Shown one piece after another: positions 8,022-18,311 of a stretch of DNA of 64,000 bases (the first letter of the stretch is position 1; each line of letters begins with the position of its first letter). The notes under the pieces are model-generated. The model made no database searches, was not told the DNA's origin, and saw only the letters and a program-made list of their open reading frames with translations. The translations under genes were made by a program, and so were the position numbers. Origin of the DNA: a virus; the UHGV virus genome UHGV-0057547. The stretch is one strand, 5' to 3'.

Positions 8022-8341
8022 GAAATGTAGATAGCTATAGTTGAGTATCAATCAAAATCGGTCATATGTATAGTGATATACATGGTAAGAAAGACTAAGT
8101 GTTAATTTAACATAAGTTGATACCGAGGTAAGTTAAGGAACTAAAAAGCCTTATCCACTGTAACGCATAGAGATTGAACCTTTGCAAGAACTATTATATA
8201 ATAGTTCTTTTTTAATTGCAAAGAATAAAATATCTCCAAGAGTGATTGACACACGCTACATTTATTGTGTGAAAATATATGCTGAACTTATAGGAAACTA
8301 TAAGAACTAAAGGATAAAAAGCCTTTAGGATAACAATTTGG
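8022..8341 (+). mobile_element. family B intron-like element, ORF-less (about 320 nt); TerL intron 7
   Basis: AAAATCGGT 8054-8062, GACTAAGT, ATACCGAGGTAAG 8120-8132, CTCCAAGAGTG, GTGAAAATATATGC. Terminal hairpin CTAAAGGATAAAAAGCCTTTAG then GATAACAATTTGG| at 8341. The minimal size is consistent with a ribozyme-only element. Confidence 0.6.
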
Positions 8342-9428
8342 GTTCGAGAATCATTGGAGTTATGACCTCTATTCTTCCCATGTTAAGAAAATGTTAGCAG
8401 GTGATGATTATTTTGTATGTAATTTACCTTATCAATTATCTGCTTATCATGGAATATTAACTAAAAAAAGAATACAAGATATTTTATCAGATGAGAATAT
8501 GTCGGAAATATCATTTATGATGGAATTTGAAGCATTATTTTATTCTGATAAAGATACTAGTTATTTTAAATCAAGTGACATATTACCTTGTAGAACATTG
8601 GAATATGCATGGTATCCTCCAACACCTGAGGAATATTATAGAAATAAAAATAAAGAGAAAAAGAGTTATCATTTGAAGAAATTAAATGATAAAGAACTTA
8701 GAATAATTAGTTGTGATATAGCCTTAATGAATAGTAAAAATGGACATGACAACGATAATGCCGTATTTACTTTTATAAGAAGTATTCCAAAGAATCAAAA
8801 TTATATATCACAAGTTTTATGGCAGGAAACCTATGATGGTTGTACAGCTAAACAATTAGCATTAAATATAAAAAGATTATATTTTGACACTCAAAGTGAT
8901 TATATAGTACTAGATACTGCCGGTAATGGGATATCTGTGTTAGATGAGTTAGGTGAATATACAACAGATGTAGAAAGAGGAATAGTTTATCCTCCATTGA
9001 AAGCAATGAATGATGAAAAATATGAAGAACGTTGTGGTTATTCTGAGGCACAAAAATCTATATTTTGTGTTAATGGTAACTCAAAGTTTAACCACGAAAT
9101 TGCAGTAACCCTTAAAACAGCATTTCAAAATAAAACCATTAGATTATTAAAAACACAATTTGAAGCAGATGACTTTATAGAAGGATATCATAAGATGTCT
9201 CCTAAAGAACAAGCTGACAAATTAATGCCTTATATTCAAACTTCTTTAATGCAAGATGAAATAACTCAATTGGAATATGAAATAAAAGATTCTTATATTA
9301 AACTTTATGAAACCACAGGTAAACGTAAGGATAGATATTCAAGTTTAGCTTATGGTAATTATTTTATAAGAGAAAGAGAAAAAAAATTAAAGAAAAAGAA
9401 AAAAGGTGGATTAGCTAATCTATGGTAG
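8342..9428 (+). CDS. terL: large terminase subunit, exon 8 (C-terminal RNase H-like nuclease domain)
   Basis: The frame is open from 8334 with no start codon before it. IISCDIALMNSKNGHDNDNAVFTFIR ... VLDTAGNGISV match the terminase nuclease-domain acidic motifs. The listed ORF start at 8391 is an internal Met. Confidence 0.75.
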
Positions 9429-9465
9429 TCTTATTAAAATATTGAGAAAGAAAGGGATGATATGA

Positions 9466-10364
9466 GTGAGTGAAGAAAAAAAGCAAAAGAAGTTGTTTGC
9501 AGAAACTTCTGTAGCTAACAATGCACAAAAATATACAACTAAACCAGTTAAATATAGTGCTAGTGAAATAATGGGATTCTTAGAAGACCCACAAGCAAAT
9601 GCACTTAACTTACAAAAAGCTAGTATTTGGTTGTATTATAATAGTGGTATATACAATAGAATAATTAATAACTATGCTGGTATGAATATCTATGATTTAT
9701 ATTTATATCCAACTACAATTAGTAAATTTTCTAAATCAAAAAGAAAAATAACACCTGATAAATTATATAAAGATTATTTAGATATAAGTAATTTATTAGA
9801 AAGAATTAGTTGGAAATCAAATTATCGTAATATAGGAGTTAACCTTATGATACAAGGAGAAGTTTTCTTATATGATGTATCTGATAATCAAGGTACTATA
9901 TTAAAAGAAATACCAACTGAAATATGTAAAATATGTAAGGTTATAAATGATAATTTATATAAATATGCAATCAATGTAAATAAATTAGGTACAGCAGAAT
10001 ATTATTCAATGATGCCTTTAGGATTACAAAGATTATATGACCAACATAAAGCAGGTTCACTATCACCTGAACAATATTTAGGAACTGCTGGTTCAGGTTA
10101 TGTAATAGTAGATGACCCTGAAGCAATATGTTTAAGTTTAAATAATATGACTTCAACAAAATCTGTTCCAACTTTATCTTATTTATTTCCTTCATTATTA
10201 AGATTAATGGAAGAAGAAGAAAATGAAGTTGTGGAAAATAAAGCTAATAATTTAAAAATGATACATATGCAATATGATGTAGATGAAGAAGGCGAATCAA
10301 GAATAGCTGAAGCTGACCTTATAAAAATGCATAATTCAGCTAAAGCCAATTTACCAGTAGGAGT
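9466..10364 (+). CDS. portal protein, exon 1 (3' boundary +/- 1 nt)
   Basis: GTG 9466. Long N-terminal portal-like sequence. Ends at AGGAGT, which forms a P1-like hairpin with GCTCC at 10372-10376. The stop at 10387 lies inside the intron. Confidence 0.55.
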
Positions 10365-11679
10365 AACATATAGCTCCCTATGTTTATAAAAAGCATAGAA
10401 AACTCTTTTAATTGCTGGAAACTCCTAAAGCTCAATTCACTAAAACATAATCTGAAAATGATAAGTGTGAATGTTACGAAAGTAGAAAAAAGTAATTGAG
10501 ATTACCCAAGGTTAAATCCTAAAGGTGAATGAATGGACAATCAGCAACCAAGATTTTAAGTTTAATTCATTGATTTTTAATATAATATAAAATAAAGTGA
10601 GGTAATTAATATAGCATTAAAATGGACTGAAGAAAAAATAATAGAATTTATAAATAATGAAAATTATATAGTAAAAAAAATAATAAGTGGAATTGGAAAA
10701 GAAACGAGATTATTGGTATGGTGTGGTAATCCTAATCATAAACCATATAAAGTTATTTTTAATAATTTTAAAAGAGGAACAAGATGTCAGTCTTGTTATG
10801 ATGAAAGAAGAAGAAAATGGACTGATGAAATTATTAAAGAATATTTAGAAAGTTATAAATATAAACTAATAGAAATTATAAAATCTAAAGGCGTTCAATC
10901 TATTGTAAAAATAAAATGTCCTAAATGTGGATATGTATATACTATTAAATTTGATACATTTAGAAATGGTCGTAGATGTATGCAATGTTTTCTTAAAGAA
11001 AATAGAATTAGTGAAGAAGAAATAAAAAAAATAATAAAAGATAATAAAGATATATTAATAGATATTGAGTATCATAGTTTAGATAGTATTTTATATTTAT
11101 ATTGTAATAAATGTAAAAAAAATTATCCTATTACATTTTATTGGTATTTAAAAGGCGGAAGATGCAAGTTTTGCAAAGAATCAAGAGGGGCTAGAAAAAT
11201 AAGAGAATATTTAGAAAATAAACAATATAATTTTAAACAAGAATTTAGAATTAAAGAATGTAGATATAAATTTCCATTACCATTTGATTTTATGGTTACT
11301 ATAAATGATAATATTATTTTAATAGAATTCGATGGGTTAGAACATTATGAACCTATTGAGTATTTTGGAGGTATAGTTAAATTTAATGAAAGAAAAAGAA
11401 ATGATAATATTAAAAATCAATATTGTAAAGATAATAATATAAAACTTATAAGGATTCCATATTGGGAATATGACAACATAGATGAAATATTAAATAAAGA
11501 ATTAAACTTAAAATAAGGTTCAACGACTAGAGCGTAAGCTCGTAGAGTGTAAGTGATTGACACTCGAAATGGAGAGTATCTAATAATAGGTAGTGATATA
11601 GTCTAGTCTCATATGAAAGTATGAGCAGTTCATAAGAGAACGGATTAGGAGTAGCGACCCTAATTGAATACAACGTTTG
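10365..11679 (+). mobile_element. group I intron (family A) with homing endonuclease gene; portal intron
   Basis: P 10410-10421. Q variant AATCAGCAACC 10539-10549. ORF 10713-11516. R 11518-11530. S 11595-11604. Terminal hairpin ATTAGGAGTAGCGACCCTAAT then GAATACAACG(TTTG)|. The 3' splice site is 11675 or 11679 depending on the donor phase. Confidence 0.75.
10713..11516 (+). CDS. intron-encoded homing endonuclease (Zn-ribbon modules + Vsr-like nuclease); true start probably upstream (non-ATG, about 10608-10611)
   Basis: The frame is open from 10608. SD GTGAGGT at 10596-10602 is followed 8 nt later by ATA GCA TTA AAA TGG ACT GAA GAA, parallel to the 21491 ORF. C-terminal block FPLPFDFMVTINDNIILIEFDGLEHYE...KLIRIPYWEYDNIDEIL. 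Confidence 0.55.
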   Translation: MVWCGNPNHKPYKVIFNNFKRGTRCQSCYDERRRKWTDEIIKEYLESYKYKLIEIIKSKGVQSIVKIKCPKCGYVYTIKFDTFRNGRRCMQCFLKENRISEEEIKKIIKDNKDILIDIEYHSLDSILYLYCNKCKKNYPITFYWYLKGGRCKFCKESRGARKIREYLENKQYNFKQEFRIKECRYKFPLPFDFMVTINDNIILIEFDGLEHYEPIEYFGGIVKFNERKRNDNIKNQYCKDNNIKLIRIPYWEYDNIDEILNKELNLK

Positions 11680-12241
11680 TGTAAATACTAACCCTTTGAA
11701 AGTACAAGCATTAACATTACAAAGAACTGGTAATGTAAATGCAAGTAATAGACAAACATTAACTGAATTAGTTTATAATAATTCAGGTGTTAATAGTGAG
11801 ATATTCAATGGTAATCAAAGTAATAACCAAGCTATACTTACTGGAGTAACAGCAGATGAAATATATTGTGATGTTTTAAATAATGTATTTGAAAACTATA
11901 CTAAATATAGAGTAAAACAATTAAAAAGAAATCCTTTATGGATGGTTAGATTTGTAAGAAACACTCAATACAATAAACAAACTTTAGTAACAGAATCAAT
12001 GCAAGGTTGTACAGTAGGATTATCAAGAATGAAATTTTTAGCTTGTAATCATTATGCACCATTAGAAGCATTATCATTACTTGAATTTGAAACTGAAAAT
12101 GGTATAGATGAATTCTTTGTACCTCTAGCTACTTCTTACACTCAAAGTGGAGATGAAGAAGAAGAATTAGGTAGACCTAAGAATTCAGAAAACCCTGATA
12201 ATCAAAAAGATGTTGGCGAGAATCCTGATAGCACTAAATAA
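11680..12241 (+). CDS. portal protein, exon 2 (acidic C-terminus)
   Basis: The frame is open from 11636 with no ATG. Junction GV-(C)VNTNPLKVQALTLQRTG. D/E-rich C-terminal tail typical of portals. Confidence 0.55.
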
Positions 12242-12327
12242 TACTTCATTTTTCGATATTTTATTAAAAATATCGTCTTATAAATAATATGTAAGATTGA
12301 CATTTTTCAAAGGAGAGTGTTGCTTTT

Positions 12328-12522
12328 ATGCTTGTTTATACGACTGATGAAAGTATAAAAGATAAATTGTTAGATAATAAACAAGTTCTAAAAAAACAAA
12401 AAGAAGTTAATGGAGAAATGATTTATGTATTCTTTATTAATGATATGAGTTTATTAAATAGAAATTTTAGTAAAGAAGAAAATAGTAAAATAATATTAGT
12501 AAATAACAAATTTACCTTCTAA
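12328..12522 (+). CDS. hypothetical small protein
   Basis: ATG with SD AAGGAGAG 10 nt upstream. 64 aa. Confidence 0.4.
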   Translation: MLVYTTDESIKDKLLDNKQVLKKQKEVNGEMIYVFFINDMSLLNRNFSKEENSKIILVNNKFTF

Positions 12523-12541
12523 TTTGAAAGGAGGTGTAATT

Positions 12542-13098
12542 ATGAATAACAAACTTAGATTACCTATTAAAAGATTTGAAAGTACAGATGAAGTTTTAGT
12601 TAATACAAACTTTAAAAAAGTTAAAATATACATTATGCATACAGGTGAAAACCTTAATGGTTCTGTATTTTCAGTAGATAGTATAAATGATTCAATAGAT
12701 ACACTTGCAAACATTCCAATATTGGCATTTGTTGAAAAAACTGATGGACAAGATAACAAAGATTTTGCAGGACATGAAACTGATTTAGATATATTTACAG
12801 ATGAAGATGGAACAATTAAAGTAAGAGAATACTATAAAGAAGTACCTATTGGAGTAATACCTGAAAGTAATGATTATTTCTTTGAAGAAAAAGATGGAGA
12901 AACATACTTAGGGTGTTATGGTTACATATGGAAATGTTATTCTAATGATGCTTATGACATATTAGAAGAAGACCAAGAAAAAGAAGTCTCTATGGAAATT
13001 TATATAAATAATTGTTCTTATGATAGAAAACAAAGATGTAATATTAATAAATTTGAATTTCTTGGAGTTACAGTGTTAGGTGCTAAATACCCAGGAGT
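12542..13098 (+). CDS. prohead protease/scaffold fusion protein, exon 1 (putative prohead protease domain)
   Basis: ATG 12542 with SD GAAAGGAGGTG. The exon ends GGAGT, the 5' strand of the P1-like hairpin GGAGTGATTAGCTCC at 13094-13108. Confidence 0.45.
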
Positions 13099-13502
13099 GA
13101 TTAGCTCCCTATATGGAGTGATTCATATAGCAAACTCTCTGAATTGCTTGTAAATCCTAAAGCTAACTAAACTACAACGTGATTGGAAACAATGGGCGTG
13201 AATGTGGCGAAAGCAGAAAAAATTAGTTAGATGGTATATGGTTAAATCCTAAGTACTTTTACAATGGAAGTCTAGCAGGTAAGATTCTAAATTACTATAA
13301 GTGATATGAATAAACTTCAACGACTATTGAAATAATTGTAAGAACCTTATTACAATTAAAGTAAAGTACATTCAAGTGAATGGAAGTAGAGAGTGTCTTA
13401 TTTAATTAATGTAAGATAATGATATAGTCTCAACGTTTAGCGAAAGCTAAAGAAGTTCATAAGAGAACTGCATAAGAATAACGAACTTATGTGAAGATAT
13501 TG
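13099..13502 (+). mobile_element. group I intron (family A), ORF-less; prohead protease-scaffold intron
   Basis: P variant AATTGCTTGTAAA 13142-13154. Q-like AGTCTAGCAGG 13270-13280. R CTTCAACGACTAT 13315-13327. S GATATAGTCT 13431-13440. Terminal hairpin CATAAGAATAACGAACTTATG then GAAGATATTG| at 13502. Confidence 0.75.
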
Positions 13503-14707
13503 CTATGGGGGAAGATTGTGTACTTAGTATGAATTTTTCTAAAGAAGATAGTGAATATAAAGAATATTTATCTTCTGTTGAAAAATTAAATAAATTATTA
13601 AAATGTCAAAGAGAGGAGGGATTAAGTGTGGATGTAAATAAAGAAACTTCTACTGTTGAAAACAAAGAAGAATTTGCTGAAGAAAACAAAGATGAAGAAG
13701 TTTGTCCTGAATGTGGTGAAAATCCTTGTGTATGCAAAAAAGAAAATCATGCAGTTAATGATGATGAAGAAGATAAAGCAGATGACAAAAAAGATGATGA
13801 TAAAGAAGACGATAAAGACAAAGAAGATGAATCTTGTAAAAAGAAAAATCATGCAACTGAAGATAAAGCAGATGATGATAAAAAAGACGATAAAGCAGAT
13901 GACGAGGAAGACGACGACAAAGATGATGATAAATCAGATGAAGAAGATGACAAAGATAAAGACAAAGAAGATGAATCTTGCAAAAAGAAAAATCATACAG
14001 TAGAAGATGACAAAGCAGACTTTGGACTTTCTTTAAATAATACATTTAAAGCTATAAGAAAACAATTAGAATCTTACACTTATGAATATGTGAGCTATTG
14101 GGGTGACACTTATACTTGGAGAAAATATTACGTAGTAGAATTAATCCCTGAAGATTCTGTTGTTGTTATAGAAGATGAAGAAGAAAATGAATTCTATGGA
14201 GTAACTTATTCTATAAATAATGATGATGTTACTTTAGATTTGGATAATAAAGCATTATATATTCAAGAATGGAGACCTAAAGAAACTAGTTCTGCTAGAT
14301 TTGAAAATACTGATAAAAAAGAAAAATATACTGCTAAAGATGAAATGTATCAAGCAGTTGGAAAAGAATTAAAAGAACTTAGACAATTTAAAGCTGATAT
14401 AGAAGCTCAAGAAGAAAAGGCTCAATTCGATGAAAAAGTTAATGCTATCTTATCACAATTTGAATTCAATGAAGAAGAAACTTCTGATTTAGTAGAAAAA
14501 GTTTATAACAAATCAATTAATTTAGATATGTTTGAAACTTGCTTATTTGCTTTAGAAGCTAAAAAGAATAGAGCAGAAAAAGAAAAATTTGCTAAAATGG
14601 AAAAAGAAAACAGTTTAAATATAGTTGATTCTAAAAAAGAAGAACCAGCAAAACCAAAATCAAGATTTGATTATCTATTAAAAGAATTTGGAAACAAAAA
14701 TAAATAA
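13503..14707 (+). CDS. prohead protease/scaffold fusion protein, exon 2 (acidic repeat + coiled-coil scaffold-like region)
   Basis: The frame is open from the 3' splice site. A D/E/K-rich tandem repeat is followed by a coiled-coil C-terminus typical of scaffolding domains. Confidence 0.45.
13741..14010 (+). repeat. tandem acidic coding repeat (KEDESCKKKNH-T-EDKADD...) within scaffold region
   Basis: Two about 40-codon units of near-identical sequence. They explain the spurious alternative-frame and antisense ORFs at 13622-14045. Confidence 0.6.
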
Positions 14708-14726
14708 TAAAAGGAGCATGAAAAAC

Positions 14727-15251
14727 ATGGATGTAAAAAATATAGTTAGATTAGACATAATCGAAGGTAAACCAAGAACATTTGTTCATAGTGAAAACTT
14801 ACAAAATGGACTTTTCCTAGAAATAGATGGAAAAGTTGAAAATGCTGTACTAGGAGTTGAAGCTGATTATGAAGCTTATAAAGTTAAATTAGCTACTGCT
14901 GATACTAAAAGAGCTAATTTATTATTCCATTGCAGTGTTGCAAACCAATACGATGAAAGAAAATTACCTTGCGAATTTGAATTAGAAGCAGGTAGACCAG
15001 GAAGAGGATATCAACCAGTTTTAGGTGATATAGTTACAATACCTGAAGCATTAGTTGCTGATACAGTAGTTGAAAAAGACGAATTAAAATTAGGAGCAGA
15101 TGGTAAATTAGCTAAAGCTACTACTGGTGACACTGTAATAGCTGTTGTTGAAGCTAAAGAAGACATAGTAATACCTATGTATAAATATGAATTTGGAAAA
15201 CAAGGTGTAGACGATACAGTACAAAAATCATTAGTAATAAGATTTGTATAA
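14727..15251 (+). CDS. hypothetical head protein (possible decoration/accessory protein)
   Basis: ATG 14727 is 10 nt after SD AAGGAG. It sits between the scaffold and capsid genes. Confidence 0.35.
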   Translation: MDVKNIVRLDIIEGKPRTFVHSENLQNGLFLEIDGKVENAVLGVEADYEAYKVKLATADTKRANLLFHCSVANQYDERKLPCEFELEAGRPGRGYQPVLGDIVTIPEALVADTVVEKDELKLGADGKLAKATTGDTVIAVVEAKEDIVIPMYKYEFGKQGVDDTVQKSLVIRFV

Positions 15252-15296
15252 AATATAAAATAAATAAAATATAAGATAAAAAGGAGAATGAGACGA

Positions 15297-15737
15297 ATGT
15301 CAGAATTAAATATAACTGATGTAAGAGATATGGCTTACAGTCTATATAAAGGTAAAACTGCTAATTTCGATGCAGAATCTGCAAATGAAGCTATAAAAAA
15401 TATAATACTTAAAACAGCTGGATGTGAAGATGGTTGGGATATGTATAAATTCATGGATAACAAATACAAAGTATTTGCTATAATGAGAGAAATATTAACT
15501 CCAGTTGTAGCTGAAAATGTTTTAGCTAGATTTGAATCTTGGGTAGACATAGAAGATATAGCTTTAGGTGATACTAAAGACTTTGAAGTTATGAACCAAG
15601 AATTATTTGAAATAGGATATGTAGCTGATGGTACTTCTGAATTAAGAAGACAAAACTTAACTCATGGTAAAATTACTATGACTGGTTTCCAATTAGGTGC
15701 TAAATTATATACTGAATTTGATGACTTTAGAAGGGGT
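15297..15737 (+). CDS. major capsid protein, exon 1
   Basis: ATG 15297 is 10 nt after SD AAGGAG. It ends at AGGGGT, which pairs with GCCCC at 15756-15760. This covaries with the GGAGT/GCTCC pairing of the other family A introns. Confidence 0.55.
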
Positions 15738-17070
15738 AACTTAGTTTACTAGACAGCCCCCTATGTTTGTAAAAAGCATAGCAAATCCTTTTAATTGCTG
15801 GAAACTCCTAAAGCTCAATTCACTACAACGTAAGGTTAAATCCTAAGCGTGAATGTTACGAAAGTAGAAAAAAGTAATTGAGATTACCCAAGGTTAAATC
15901 CTAAAGGTGAATGAATGGACAATCAGCAGGGAAGATTTTAATTAACACTTAATTTTTTATAAGTTTATGAGTATAATATAAATAAGTGGAGGTGATGAAA
16001 ATGACAAGAAAGATTTGGAATGAAATTACAATAAAAGAATTTATAGAAAATGAAACAAATTATAAATTCATATCAATGGTTAAATTAAATGGAATGAAAT
16101 CAATAGTGCTAGTATGGTGCGGTAATACTAATCATAAACCTTATAAAGTTCGATTTGATGCATTTAAAGGTACTTCTAAAAAAGAAGGAACGAGATGTGA
16201 ACAATGTAGAAGAGAAAAGGATACTATTTGGACTAAAGATGAAATTATAAAATATGTAGAATCTCAAGATTATAAATTTATAAGATTTGTAAAATTTAAT
16301 AAATATGCAAGTATAATAGAAATTCAATGTAATAAAGGACACGAATCATATGAAACATACTTTAGTAATTTCTATAATAATAGAAGATGTTTTCAATGTC
16401 ATATAATATGGTCTAAAAAAGATATTATTAATTTTATAGAATCTCAAAATTATAAATTTATAAGATTTATAACATATGAAAAAAATAATAGTTTAATAGA
16501 GATAAAGTGTCCTAAAGGACATATGAATCAAGTTAGATTTAGAAAATTTAAAGAAGGAACTAGATGCACAGAATGTAATAAGTCTAAAGGTGAGGAAAAA
16601 GTAAAAGATATATTAAAAGAAATGTGTATAGATTTTAAATCACAATACAAATTCAAAGATTGTAAATGTAAAAAAGAGTTGCCATTTGATTTTTACATAC
16701 CTTCATTAAATATTGCAATAGAATATGATGGAATACAACATTTTGAAATATTACCACATTGGGGTGGTATTGATAAACTTATAGAAACTAAAATACATGA
16801 TGAAATAAAAACACAATATTGTAAAAGAAAAAGAATAAAACTTATTAGAATTCCTTATTGGGAATTTAAAAATATAGAAAACATACTTATAAAAGAATTA
16901 GTGTTAAATTAGAATAACCTTCAACGACTAGAGCATAAGCTCGTACACTCAAGTGGGTGGAAATGGAGGATACCTAGAAATAGGTAGTGATATAGTCTTG
17001 TCTCATGTGAAAGCATGAGCAGTTCATAAGAGAACGGATTAGGAGTAACGACCCTAGTCGAAAATAAACG
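15738..17070 (+). mobile_element. group I intron (family A) with homing endonuclease gene; major capsid intron
   Basis: Hairpin CTATGTTTGTAAAAAGCATAG. P 15793-15804. Q 15921-15930. ORF 16001-16912. R 16918-16931. S 16989-16998. Terminal hairpin ATTAGGAGTAACGACCCTAGT then GAAAATAAACG| at 17070. The acceptor is ambiguous (17050, 17070 or 17092). Confidence 0.75.
16001..16912 (+). CDS. intron-encoded homing endonuclease (Zn-ribbon modules + Vsr-like nuclease)
   Basis: ATG 16001 is 7 nt after SD GGAGGTG. TATAAT at 15972-15977. C-terminal block ELPFDFYIPSLNIAIEYDGIQHFE...KLIRIPYWEFKNIENILIKEL. Confidence 0.6.
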   Translation: MTRKIWNEITIKEFIENETNYKFISMVKLNGMKSIVLVWCGNTNHKPYKVRFDAFKGTSKKEGTRCEQCRREKDTIWTKDEIIKYVESQDYKFIRFVKFNKYASIIEIQCNKGHESYETYFSNFYNNRRCFQCHIIWSKKDIINFIESQNYKFIRFITYEKNNSLIEIKCPKGHMNQVRFRKFKEGTRCTECNKSKGEEKVKDILKEMCIDFKSQYKFKDCKCKKELPFDFYIPSLNIAIEYDGIQHFEILPHWGGIDKLIETKIHDEIKTQYCKRKRIKLIRIPYWEFKNIENILIKELVLN

Positions 17071-17638
17071 CAGAACTGATTTTGCTGAATGGATAAGCAG
17101 ATTAGGAAAATCATTTGAAGTTAAAATAGGTGAATATATAGTTAGAGGTATAGAAGATGCTTACTCTAGTTTAGGTGCTAAATTCGGTGTGACTGGTGCA
17201 TACCAAGATGAAAAAATGGTTGAATTAATAGAAAGAGTTGAAGCTAAAACTGGACAAAAAGCTACTATATACGGAACTAAAACTGCTTTAGCTAAATTAA
17301 GAACTGGTGCAGATGGTGCATTCCAAGCATACTTATCAGATAGCGACAAAGAAAACATAAGCAAAACTGGTAGAGTTGGAGATTACTACGGAACTCCTGT
17401 TGTTGAAATACCTCAATCAGTTAACAGAAAAGATGAATTTATGTTAAGTAATAAAATGCTTTATGTAATACCTAACGGAACTAAAATAATAAAATTATTA
17501 TTTGAAGGCGATGTAGATGTTATAGAAGTATCTGACCCAGCAGTAAGAAAAGATATGCAATTTGAATATATGTTCATGAGAAGAATACAATTAGGTGTTT
17601 GTAAAGCTTCTGTTTATGGAATATACAAAATGAACTAA
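17071..17638 (+). CDS. major capsid protein, exon 2
   Basis: The frame is open from 17051 with no start codon. Junction FRRG-RTDFAEWISRLGK... The C-terminal 190 aa of an HK97-fold-like capsid protein. Confidence 0.55.
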
Positions 17639-17656
17639 TTTATAAATAGTAAAAAA

Positions 17657-17690
17657 GGGAGGATATAATTTCTCCCTCGTATAATTATTT
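17657..17690 (+). terminator. possible rho-independent terminator after the capsid gene
   Basis: GGGAG...CTCCC stem with a 10-nt loop, followed by a T-rich tract. Weak. Confidence 0.3.
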
Positions 17691-17704
17691 AAAGGAGAGA
17701 TAAT

Positions 17705-18295
17705 ATGCGTGAAAGAAAAAAAGATAGATTAGATAAAAAAACAATCAGTGAGATGAAAAGAGATTTAAAGGATGCAGATATAACAATTAAAAATAATTCT
17801 ATATTTGAAGTCGTTCTTAGAAGTGATAAAAATGGTGGAAGCTATATATCTTTAAAACCAACTGAAGAAGAAGATATAACTTTTAGTGATTTACAAAGTA
17901 TAGTAAAAAAACAAAAGAGCTTATTTGAAGATTTCTCAGTATTAATAGAAGATGTATATTGTCCGAATAATGAAAATATTGGTATAGAAGAATTAGAACA
18001 AATAGTAGGATTAGGAAGAATTAAAAAAGGCATGGAAGAAATCCCTGATGAAGAGTATTTTGATGATTTACTTTCAGCTGACTGTAGTGTAGATGAGTTT
18101 TTCTATGAAGTAGATAAAATGAAAATCCAAGTAATTAATAGATTGATTGAAAGAGCTATTTATTTATATAAAGAAAAAGAGTTTTCTAATAATTTCAAAA
18201 TGTCATATTTAGAGAAAAAACTCGGTGTACAAAATGTTTTTGATGATATAGATAGAAGTATGAAGAAGATACAATCAGATGTAGATAGATTATAA
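17705..18295 (+). CDS. hypothetical protein (head completion/connector module)
   Basis: ATG with SD AAAGGAGAGA. Position immediately after the capsid gene. Confidence 0.4.
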   Translation: MRERKKDRLDKKTISEMKRDLKDADITIKNNSIFEVVLRSDKNGGSYISLKPTEEEDITFSDLQSIVKKQKSLFEDFSVLIEDVYCPNNENIGIEELEQIVGLGRIKKGMEEIPDEEYFDDLLSADCSVDEFFYEVDKMKIQVINRLIERAIYLYKEKEFSNNFKMSYLEKKLGVQNVFDDIDRSMKKIQSDVDRL

Positions 18296-18311
18296 GAAGG
18301 AGGTGTTCATA

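Noticed and set aside
8391-9428. ORF-track start of the terminase C-terminal ORF at ATG 8391.
   Set aside because: The frame is open upstream to 8334 with no RBS before 8391. The sequence upstream continues the nuclease domain. Treated as an internal Met of TerL exon 8.
13656-14003. + strand alternative-frame ORF rich in K/M inside the scaffold gene.
   Set aside because: It is a frame-shifted reading of the acidic GAT/GAA/AAA repeat. It has no RBS and is nested within the better-supported frame 13503-14707.
715-17060. Short GNRA-like hairpins (for example TATGTATGTAGCGAATACATAT, ATTAGGAGTAGCGACCCTAAT) considered as possible tRNA fragments or terminators.
   Set aside because: There is no cloverleaf and no T-tract. 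They occupy the same position (a P9-like terminal hairpin) just before every family A acceptor site, so they are structural parts of the introns.
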